The notes under the pieces were generated by a model, which was not told the DNA's origin, searched no databases, and saw only the letters and a list, made by a program, of their open reading frames with translations. From assembly GCA_013239625.1 (NCBI GenBank), contig MU053504.1, positions 1,552,001-1,616,000 on the forward strand: a stretch of 64,000 nucleotides of DNA, given 5' to 3'. Below, piece after piece: positions 26,201 through 38,200 of this stretch. A program made the position numbers and the translations under genes. The stretch comes from Lama guanicoe (lineage: Eukaryota). Numbering within the stretch: position 1 is the first letter of the stretch; each line of letters starts with the position of its first letter.

Positions 26201-29200
26201 ATTCTGACTATCAAATGTAGAATTTAATAGATTTATATATATACTTATATATTTTCCCTGTTTTACCTAGGTAACTAATATGGGTTTGAGTAGCTTCAAT
26301 ATTATGATTAAAAAGAAATAAATTACTTACTATTATTTAGATTATTATTAATTGTGACATACTAATATAATAAATCTTTTTAAGTTTACAAAATAATTTT
26401 GTATAAATGCCTTTGATCAAACAGGAAAATAAAGAGGCATCCATATTCTCAGCAGTCTCTAAAGCCTCATGTGTGATGATGATTATACCAGAGCATATAT
26501 TTAGAAGTATCGCTGTAAATTTTGGTTCATATTCTAATTTTAAAGCCAAGTGCCTTTTGAGAAGTGAGGCTATTGTTTTGAAACATTTGCATTATAATGT
26601 GTTTTCTAAGCAGATGATGTCTTATCCAGATGAATTAAGGGCTATAAATTTGAAATGCATTCCAAATTATTTTAGTAGAGCCAGTCTTTTCCTAATTTTG
26701 AAAAATATAAATAACGTAAAATTTACCATTTTAACCACACAGTTCAGGGCCATTAAGTACATTCACATTATTGTGCAACCACATCAGCACCATCTATTTC
26801 CAGAATTTTTTAATCATCCCTAGCTAAAACTCTGTAAACCATTAAGCAGTAACTCCTCATGTCTCCTTCCTCCAGCCCCTGATAACCAGTGTTCTACTTT
26901 ATGTCTCTAAATTTTTCTGTTCTACATGGGATAGAATTTAAATGGAATCGTACAATATTTGTCCTTTTGTAACCAAGTTTTCGTTTAAAATTTTACTGGT
27001 GTTAATTTGGGTGATTTCTGTAACATATAGTAATGTATTAAATCCAGTTCTGGCATTATCTACCAAGTACTCTTCACCATGAAGTCAGTAGTCATGAGCA
27101 TACTCTCCAGTCGTTTAGTCTTCACTAGTTTTACATCTCAGTTCTATTAGTTTTGTTCTAGGGGAAACAGACTCTGAGACAAAGATTCTCATGCAGCACC
27201 TTTGAGGCAATGAAGATGAAGGCAGTAGAACTGGATGGAGGGAGGTAATGAGATGCCATACAGTTAGAGCGAAAGCAGCAATGGCATCAGCTAATCCCAC
27301 AGGAAGCTCTGGAGGTGGACTGGGGTGAGGGGAACCTTTCTCCTGGGCTTGGTTACTCTCTCAGGCCAAGAGCAGTTCCTAGGGAAGAACTTGACTGAGA
27401 GCTGTTAGCCATTAACCCTCCCAGCATCTGGACAGGTAGACTCTTCGGTCCTGAAGGAGAATCTGTAACGTCTACTGTTGTTCCAGTGAAGTTTGAGCAA
27501 AATAGTGATGCATGCTCCCATTCATGAGTAGAGTTCCCCATCAAAGAAAACGCTGTTGAATGATTTTGATACATGTATTAAGGCCGGGGAAGTGAGGGGC
27601 ATAGTGGAGTATTTGGGGAGGTAGTATATTCAGTGGTTAAAACTGGGCTCTGGTGCGAGACCATCTGAGTTTGTGTGTTGGCTCTACCACTGACCAGCAG
27701 GGCGGGGTAGATATTTAATTCCCTGTGCCTCTCTGTGCCATCTGCAAAGTAGAATGGGAGCAAATTTCCTTCATAGGGTTGTTGTGAGGAATGAAGTAGC
27801 TCTGAACTAGTGCTTGGCCTAGTGCTAGGTGGGCATGAAGCAATTGCTAAGCACCTCCCACCACCTCTCTGACTGTCATTGTTGATTAGGTAGGAGACTG
27901 AGGTGGTCAGTGATCTCAGTCATTCAGCTGGAACGTGTGGGAAAGGGCACTGTAGGCCTCCCAGGGCAGGGTTATCTTGTAGCTTAACTACCACAGTTGT
28001 AGACATCAGCTCACCCTCTGCCCCTGTACCTTTTAAACAAAATTCTGCGTAAATGTGTCTCATCCTACTTTTCATTATAACAGTTTTCCAAATTACAATT
28101 TTCACATGAAGACCTTATAACTAGCATTTGTTACATAGCAAGAACATAGGATAAAGCTGTTTTGATCCCACTTTATTTTAGATGTGATCATTTCTATATC
28201 TGGGTTTATTAAAAATTCTAGAATAGTACCCTCTTTTTTTAACATTTTTTATTGAGTTATAGTCATTTTACAGTGTTGTGTCAAATTCCAGTTTAGAGCA
28301 CAATTTTTTATACATGAACATACATATATTCATTGTCACATTTTTTTTTTTGCTGTGAACTACCACATGATATTGTACATATTTCCCTGTGCTATACAGT
28401 ATAATCTTACTTATCTATTCTGCATATGCCTGTCAGTATCTACAAATTTTGAACTCCCAGTCTGTCGCTTCCCACCCCCACCCCCTTGGCAACCACAAGT
28501 TTGTATTCTACGTCTATGAGTCTGTTTCTGTTTTGTATTTATGTTTTCGTTGTTGTTGTTGTTGTTCCACATATGAGCGATCTCATGTGGTATTTTTCTT
28601 TCTCTTTCTGGCTTATTTCACTTAGAATGACATTCTCCAGGGACATCCATGTTGCTGCACATTTTTATGTTGTCATTTTTATGGCTGAATAGTATTCCAT
28701 TGTATAAATATACTACATCTTCTTTATCCAGTCATCTGTTGATGGACATTTAGGCTGCTTCCATGTCTTGGCTGTTGTAAATAGTGTTGCTGTGAACACT
28801 GCGGTGCAGGTAGAGTAGTACCCTCTTAATATTTGTGAAGAAGGAGTCCTCAAAAGCTATAGGGTTGTAGAACCAGGCAGGATAAACATTGTACTGCACC
28901 TTAAAGTTTCTCAGCTCTCAGGTCACCTGCTGTCCCTGGCTTTCTCCTTCAGTACTTTGCTAGAGTTGGAGTCTAGAAAGGGGTTGACATTCTCATTGAA
29001 GAGCTATTTGGGGATTATCGTAGTAAATGACATTATTATATAAACTCCACTTATGATGGCTTTCCCTAAGTACCTTTAATAATGTATTCATTCAGCACCT
29101 ATTCGGTGCTAAGGAGTCCAGAAAGAAAAAAACAGAAAGGTTCCCTGTCTCGGGGAAGAAACATGTGAACACCAAGAATCAAAGTCCACACAGCTATGTT

Positions 29201-32200
29201 CTGTTGGATATACCATACAAAGTGCCTTGAGGAGAGCTTAAAAGACTCATTATACCTGGGGAATTGGAAGGAGGCGTGAAGGCGAGTTTGGGGCAGTTTA
29301 AGTCAATATAGTAAGGGAAATGAAGATGCACTGGATAGGGTCAAAGTAAAGGAAACATGAAAGAGCAAGTCATGAGTTTGAGGAGCTGTACACAGTTGAT
29401 GTGCTTGAGGTGGGAAGTGGTCAGAGGCAGCCTCAGCGGCAGTCATTGAGCTCGGGAGTCACCTGCTGATGTTAAGAAGGAAGTGGCATGGTCAGATTTT
29501 TGTTTTAGAAAGATAACTCCTGAGGCCCTAGGGAAGATGGATGGGCATAAAAAAATGGTAATTTGGCCCAAGACAACAGTGATTGGGTTCAGCCCAGAGG
29601 TTTGGGGTTCTTGAGGAAATTGATGACTTTTGCTGTTTTTAGACCACTTAACAGCTTACAAGGAAGTGCTTAAAACATTACAGCTCTGCCTCTGAGAGTT
29701 GATAAATACTTCTATCAAAAAGTGTAGAGACAAGACCAAAAATAGCTTTAGGAATTGAGGCTAGCGGAGTATGACTTTTACTTCATTGATTATTTTTGCA
29801 GTTGATCAAGATATGTCTGCGTCCTTGGGTGACACACTTGTCTACATGTGAGCCCTTAGAATAATGTAACCCTTTGTTTTCTTGGAAAAGGGATATAAGC
29901 AAATAGATAAATGTTGTACCAGAACACCATTTTAGTACTTTTAAAATGCTACCCCCTGGCCTGAGTCTAGGAAGTGAACTTCTGTTAGAATGGATCATTG
30001 GTGAGTGGGGCCTGGGAGTGGGGGCAGCAGGAATGGGTCACTGTTCCTGCCTTGCCTGCATCATACGTCGCCACCACTCCAGAGGGCCCTGAGACGACAA
30101 GGCTAAGCACAATGAGATGACGAGTCTGTCCACTTTAGGAGAAGCCCTCGGAGGGTGACTTCATCCTGAGCCTGACTCTAAGCCTGAGATTTGACACCGG
30201 GAGCTGTAAATTCCCTCCTGTTTGCTTAATAGATCTGTGACTCCTTCCTTCACGCAGATGTAGGGACATCTTTACTATCTGCATTGTCTTTAACCACATC
30301 AAAGACGTGAGTGTAATTCAGATGTCAGGAGGTAAAATCAGACTTTATTATGATAGAGGACTGTTTTGACATGAAAGCTTGGGGAACTTAAAATGTTGTT
30401 TTTCCAACAAACAAATTCATAGAAAAAAGATCAGATTTGTGGTTACCAGAGGCAGGGGGTGGGGAGAGGATAAATAAGTTCTAGGGCTGTAGTGTACAAC
30501 ATGATAAATATGATTAACACTGCTGTCTGTTAAATGTGAAGGTTAAGAGAGTAAATCCTAAGTTGTGTGAGTTCTCATCACAAGGAAACAGTTTGTTTCT
30601 ATTTATTTAATTTCGTATCTATGTCAGATCATGGATGTTCTCTAAACTTACTGTGATGTATGTAAGTCAGATCGTTATACTGTACACCTTAAACTTTCTG
30701 AATTTCACTACTCTTGGTACCTCATATAAATGGAATCATACAGTATTTGTCTTTTTTTTGACTGGCTTATTCACTTAGCATAGTGTCTTCAAGGTTCATC
30801 CACATCGTAGCATATGTTTCCTTCCTTTTTAAGACTAAAAATATTTCATTGTATACATATACCACATTTGCTTACCTCTTCATCTGTCAGTGGACATTTG
30901 GTTGCTTCTACATTTTAGCTATTGTGACTAATGCTGCTATGAACATGGGTACTCTTTTGGGCATATACCCAGAAGTGGAATTGCTGGATCATATGGTGAT
31001 TCTATATTTAAATTTTTGTGGGACTGCTGTACTGTTTTCCACAGCAGCTACACCATTTTACATTTCCACCCACAGTGCACAGGGGTTCCAATTTCTCCAC
31101 ATCCTGGCCAACACTTCTCATTTTCTGAGGATTTTTAGTAGCTGTCCTAATAGGTGTGAGATTGCTCCTCATTTAAAAAAAAATTGATGCAGTGTCTTCT
31201 TGCACAAATTGCGGAGTAGACCAATCAGTGGTTCTCAACTCAGGGTGATTTTGCCCCCAGAAAACATTTGACAATGTCTGGAGGTGATTTTGGTCCTCAG
31301 TTGAGGGTTTGCTACTGGCATCTAGTAGCTAGAAGCCAGGGACATTGTTAAACATCCTACGGGGCACACGACAGTTCCCTGCAATGTCCTTAGTGTGAGG
31401 TTGAGAAACTCTGGTATAGATAAAAGAAAAACTCGGTTACACTGTTGCTGTTAGAGTGAAATAAGTACACGGGGATTTACTGTACTGTTCTCTTTACTCC
31501 TGTGTAAATGTGAAAGTTTTCCATTACAAAGTATACATGCAGCTTGTATTTTTTAAAATACAGAAGCCATCAGCACAGCTCCACTCTGTGCAGAGTGCTA
31601 TTTTCCCCACTGAGTCTGATGAGACACCACAGCTTGTTGCTCAGCCTGTGGGTGCACTGGCCCCGGTTGGCGAGCCTTTGGTTAAATATCCTGCTACCCT
31701 GAGGCCTGCTTTCATCCCCAGTCCCGGCTGACTCTGAACTTGAGGTGTTTCGAGGCTCAGGCTGGCAGAACTAGTACTTGCCTTCAGCTGGAGGTCCTTC
31801 AGCTCTGATTGATCTCTTCAGCACTCCAGTCCCATCTGCTTTGTCCCTCAAAGTTTCTGGTCTACTCATGCCATCCTTTGCTGCCTTCCAGACGTGCTTT
31901 TCATTTCATTAGTATTTTTATAGTTCTTCTGTCATTTCAATGTCCTTTTGGGAAGAGAAAGAAATACAGTTATGGATTCAGCCCACTATCCTGTCTTGAG
32001 CCAGATTTCTCGAATTACCTTCTTTTAATACCTAGTATACAGCCCTCTGTGATTGGCATTTAACAAAGACATATTTAGCAAGAAATCATCGATTCTTTTA
32101 TTCATTCACTCAGTGTAGTCCAGTGTTTGTTTAGTGCTCACTATGTGTGAAATTCTGTGCTAGGTGTTGGGTGTATGGTGAGAAACAAAGCAGATATGTA

Positions 32201-35200
32201 ATCCTTGCCTATGTGGAATTTATGATATAAAAGGAGAGACACTCATTAATCAACTATACTCAAAAATATATCATTACCGAGTGTGAGAGGTATTATCAAG
32301 GGAAATAATAGAGTGTTCTGTGAACCTAATAAAGAAAATAATAACTAACACTGACTGCTTACATAATATGTGCAAGTTACTGTGCCAGGAACTTTATGTG
32401 GATGATCTCATTTAATCTTTAGAGTAACTAATTTTAGAGATAAGGAAGCTGAGACTTAGGGTCATAACTTAGTTTTAAGTCAGGAAAGACCTCTCTGGGA
32501 AGAGTACACTTGAAATGAGTGAACACTGGGTGACCAGGAATTAGCCAGGCAAAGGATGGAGGGAGGCTATATAACAGCAGCAGGAATAACATGTTCAGAG
32601 GCCCAAGGAAAGAGTGAATTCAGCACGGAAGGATGCCAATGGCTGAAGTTTAGTGAACAAGGGAAGAGTAGGAGGAGAGAGAGAAAGCAGGGGCTAAATG
32701 CGGAGGTTGTTACTGGCCAGGGTAAGGATATTAGATTTCATTCTAAAGGCTTGGGAACCATCGAACGGTTGTAAGAGGGGAACATGATCTGATTTGCTTT
32801 CTTGGAGATCACTCTGCCTGTTTGTGGAAAATGGACTGGCAGGGGACAGAGGCTTAGTGTGATTCAGATGAGAGAGGACACAGATTTAGACTAGAGTGAT
32901 GGCAACAGAATGGAAAAACGGGCAGACAAATTTGAGGTGTTGGTTTTAGCCCTAAAACATACTACTTGCAGCTGGGTTGGATGTAGGAGATAAGCATGAG
33001 GAAGAAATTAAGGGCATTTCCACATTTCTTACTTGAGTGACAGGGTGGGTAGATGACAATGCTAGCTGCTGAGTGGTGAGAGAAACTTTTTTAGACCCAG
33101 GAAGTTTGCATTGCCTGTGAAATTTAAAGTGGAGATGATATTATAGGCTCAGAAGAGAAAGTTCAGAGAGAGGTCTGACCAAACAATGCAAATGTGGAAA
33201 TTGCTAGCATATTGTTGGAGCTTGCAGCCTGATCTGATCAACTAGATAGAGTATAGAGAAGAGTGCCGAGACAGAGCCCTGAGGAAGTCGGGCATTTAGA
33301 GATCTGCTTTTAGAAGAGAAACAGCTAGTGAGGGAAAATCATACGGAGCAGCCAGGAAATAGAAGGAAAACCAGAAGAGCGCTTTGTTGTGGAAAGAGGA
33401 AAGTTCTTCAAAGAGGAGGGAGTAGTCAGCCAATTTGAATGTTCATTTTAATGTGAGAATTGCCGTCAGCAAAGAAGCATAGTATAATATCTCCCGTCTC
33501 TTTAAATAAAACAAACAAACTTTCCACCCCACATCTCCCTCCAACTGATGCTTTTCTCTGCATCTCTTGATGGTAAAAGTCCTCACTTCAAATAAGGAAC
33601 CGGTATCTCCCTGTCTCCTCTTTTCATCTTTATTTTACTCCATTGGTTTTCTCCCCAACTGCCTAACTGAAACCACTCCAGAAAAGGTTGCCAGTAGCTG
33701 CCCTCTTGTCAAAGCCAGTTTCACTTCTCTGTCTTCATCCTACCTAATCTGTTGGTAGCATTTGATTGAGTTGATTACTCCCTCTTTGAAAAACTCTGTA
33801 CTTGGCTTGCATGACCCCACATTCTGCTGGATTACCTCCTACCTCATGACTGCTGCTTATGAGTCAGTTTAACTAGCTGATCTTTTAAAAGAATGTAAAT
33901 CCAGTTATCTCTCCCCTGTTCAAAGACCTCCAATCACATAGTGTTTCTCATCACATTCAGAATTAAATCCATACTCATTACCATGGCCTACAAAGCCCTA
34001 GGTCTCCTGGCTCCTGCCCACCTCTCCAGCCACGTCTTGTACCAAAACTGGTCTTTGTGCTATTTCTTGAACCCACCAATCGCCAAAGGATTCTTACGCT
34101 TGTTCCCTGTGCCTAGAAAGCTCTTTGCACAGATCTTTGTGTGGTGCACTTCTTCACATTATTTAGACCTCTGCCCAGTATAACCACTTCAGGCCTTCCC
34201 AAACTACTCTAAAGTAGCCAACCACTGCCCCCTCCCCAAAAATCATCACTTTCTATCCCCTTACACTTCTTTTCTTCACGTCACTTGTCCGTGTCTGAAA
34301 TGGTTTACTTGTTTATGAGCAGTTTTCCCTTACTTCCCCCAGAGTGTAGGCTCCCTGTCACTTGCCTGCTTGATCACATCTGTACTCCCAGCATCTAGAA
34401 CAGTGCCTGGCCTACGGTTGCTGGTCCATAAATATTTTTCTGGATGAATGCTGCCAAGAGGTTGAATCAGATGACAGTGGGAATGTTTCCATTGGCTTTG
34501 ACAATATCCCATTTGTTGGTGTCATTGACCAGCAGTTTAAATGGAGCACTGTGGGTAGACGTCAGAGCAAAATAGATCGCATCCCCAGAGGTAAGGGGTT
34601 AGAGAAAGCAGTTGTTCTGTAAGGCAAGTCTTGTGGGAAGTCACTGTGGAGAGAGACGTGGGGCTGGCTGTTGGTGGCTGGAGGACAGTAAATGAAGTCA
34701 GGGAGACAAGTCTTTGAGGTGACGATAATAGATGTAATCCAGAGCATATGTAACAGGGTTGACCTTTACATGGGGAGACCTGCTAAAGAGAATGGAAAGT
34801 GTTTCTGCTCAAAGGGATGAAAAATGGTAAAAATAGGTACAAACTCAGACTGATTATGTAATTCGTGGTGGGGGCATGAGAGTGGCGGAGGAGGAGGCAG
34901 CGGCCGCTCGTGGTCAGCTGCCTTGAGGCTAAGTGTGAGGTGGCGAGGAAGCCAGGCCCTGTGGAGTGGAAACGGCAGCAGTGGAAGGAGGCAGAAGACA
35001 GTGCCCAGCGTTTCTGGGTATGTAGTGCTTAAGGATCTAATAGTGTCTCTGTGCCAGGAAGCCGTTTGGATTTATGTTAGGAAAACTGTCTTTTTTCCTT
35101 CCTCTCCCATCTTCCTCTAGATGGAGCCCATTGAGCCTGGGAGAAAGTACACTGCTGGCCTTGCACACCCAGCTGGCCATCAGGCCTGGATGTGTTCATG

Positions 35201-38200
35201 CTTTCAAATCTTTGAGTATTTCTTACATGTTAAGTACTATTTTTGTTTTAGGCTCTATAGCAGTGAATGAAACAGTCTCTACTTTGAGAGAGCTTTTATT
35301 CTAATGCAGGGAGACAGTAAATAAATGCATAAGTCAGAGATGAGGTGGGCACGTCACCCGGGGCCCTCACCCTACCATACCTCCCTCTTCACCCCGTAGC
35401 CTTGGGCTGACAGTGGGAGGTGTTCTCTTTTCTCTGTCCCTCTCCTCATGCCGTGTCATCTACAGAAGCACTGGAGGAGCCCTTCTTCCTTATCTGATGT
35501 TTGCCTGAGCAGCTGATTGAGCCCTCCATTACATAGAATGATAATGACATCTTTTGTTTTCTTGATTTCAGATGAGACGCCAATTATTGCAGTGATGGTG
35601 GCCCTGTCCTCTCTGCTAGTGATCGTGTTTATTATCATAGTTCTGTACATGTTAAGGTGAGCGTGCTAATGCTTCTACATTCCCTTGGACTCAATACCCC
35701 AGGGTCTCAGTAAGCCCACACAGTCCAGAAGACAGTAGGATAAAGACACTGAGAAGATAGAGGGGAATGACTCATGATAGTTCTCCTCCCCTTTGCTTCC
35801 GTCTGTCCCAAGTCCAGTCCCCCAGCTGTAGTTTTACCTAAAGCCCAGGGCAGCGGTTTAGAGGTTGAGGGAAGAAGCCACCACCTGTTACTACTGAGAG
35901 GTGTTTGAAGATCTTCAGATCTAGCGCTATTGAAGCAACCCCTGAAAATGCCCCAGTGGAAATTATGTGCTCAGTGAAGGCCTACTTTATTTCTAGTTGG
36001 GGCTTTGTCCCCACACTCCTCTAGGATCCCTGACCCTGTCATGCTGATCTGAACCATGTGAGTTACAGGGTTCCCCTTCTTGACTTTCTTTTAGTGCCCT
36101 CTGGATATTACTCCCCAAATAGGGAGCAAAAGCCAGGGAGGGGGGAACCCAAGGGAGGGTAGAGGGAGGTGCATTTGCTCTCTTTCTGCTGAAGTCACCA
36201 CCCTGACTAATTGAGTTTAATCTGCCCTTATCTGTGGCTTCAGCTGCTCTGTGCTCCCTCTGTTCTTCTGCAGGGATGAAGAGAGGGGAACCTTGTAAAC
36301 CACTACAATTTGTCATGTGTCTCACCTTCTTGTACGAGAGTTGCACCCACCCAGTGTGAAGCTCTGGTTGCACTGGGAAACAGCAGGATTTTGTTCGATA
36401 CATTTGAGTTTTGTTTGATACTCTTATCTCCCCCCACTGTATTCTACCCACACATCCTGTCTCCAGCTGGTGTGGCTGTGATCTCCAGTAAATCCTGGAC
36501 CGAGCTGCACAGAGGAGCCGTTCAAGCCAGGACGTACTTGGGGCTACCTGGGCTGGGTTCTGGTGTGTGAAGGGTGAGCAGGAGCATGCTGAGGTGCTCA
36601 GTCACCATGGGATGGAGCTGCCTCAGCGTGTGCAGAACCTGTCTCTAAAAGAGCCTGTTTTAAAGAGAAAGGAAAATGTCATATGATATCACTCATCTGT
36701 AGAATCTAAAAAAAAAAAAAAAGGACACAAATGAACTTATTTACAAAACAGAAACAGACTCACAGACATAGAGAGCAAACGTATGGTTACCAGAGGGTGG
36801 AAAGCAGGTGAGAAGGGGTAAATGGGGAGTTGGAGGTTCGCACCTCTCGGGGGGTGATGGACATGTTGGGTTTCTTGATTGTGGTGGTGGTTTCACGGAT
36901 GTGCACATCTGTCGTAATTCATCAGATTGTGCGTCTGAGGTATGTGTAGTTTACTGTTCAAAAATTATACCACAATAAAGTTGTTTAAAAAATGAATAAA
37001 ACCAAACAAAAAAGAGCCTGTTTTCTCGGTAAAGGATATTTTAAAAGGCTGAATTGATAAGTGGAAACTACAGAGCCAATGGTTGGTCTCTCTTGGCTCT
37101 GTGCTTAGTGTTTCACTGTGAACATTTTTTCATTAGGTTTAAGAAATACAAGCAAGCTGGGAGCCATTCTAATTCTTTCCGCTTATCCAATGGCCGTGCT
37201 GAGGATGTGGGTAAGACACCCCTTAATGACGTGGGGAACCTTCATGGAGAAGAAAATCAAGAAAACAGGCACTTCCCAATTCTAAAAGGAAAGGAAACAA
37301 GAGAGGGAGCAGCCCTAGTGTTTGGATGCCTGGTCCATGAGATAGAACCCCTAATTTAGTCTCCAGAGAAGGGCTGTGTCCCTGGGGCACCTGACCAACC
37401 TTCCCCCTTGTGCACTGCAGAACCCCAGAGCGTACCACTTCTGGCCAGGTCCCCAAGCACCAACAGGAAGTACCCGCCCCTGCCCGTGGACAAGCTGGAA
37501 GAGGAGATAAACCGGAGAATGGCTGATGACAATAAGCTCTTCAGAGAGGAGTTCAACGTGAGTTCTTTGTGGAGGCTGGTGTGTCAGCAGGGAGGAAGGC
37601 AGACCTAAGGTCAGGCCTTTTGAGTCATGGGGTAGAAAACAGGTTTCTAGTGGGTTAAGAGGTGAGAAATTTTTTACCAAATTCATCTGCCTTCTTTCCT
37701 ATGTGATTATGGACAGGAAATGAAAAAAGATTTACCTTACCTCTCTCATCTGCCCATCCATCCGTTCATTCATCATTGCATCTGCTACTTTGTTTAATAA
37801 ATACTTATCAAGCATATGATATGTGCTAGGTGCCAGGAACTTGCTGGGGACCAAAAACAGATCTAGTCTCTACACTGAGGGAATTTGCTATCCAGTAGGG
37901 AGATCTCCATAAACTAGAACAAAAATAACTATATAAATTGAAACAGCAACATAGGGCATGAAGACTGTTGGAGAGTCGTAGGAACCTGTATTAAGAGGTG
38001 GCCTATTAGAATCTAGAGCAGGGGGCCCAGGGTGTCTTAAATAAACAATAGGAGTAGATCAGTGTGGCAAGTGAGGACCATGGCAGACTGCAGGGCCTCG
38101 GGCCTCGTCTTGGGTAGTACATAGGTTTGTATGTTTCCTAATTCCCTCAAGGAAACAGAACATGTTTGTGAATCTACCAGTTAATGATTCCAGTCCACCA

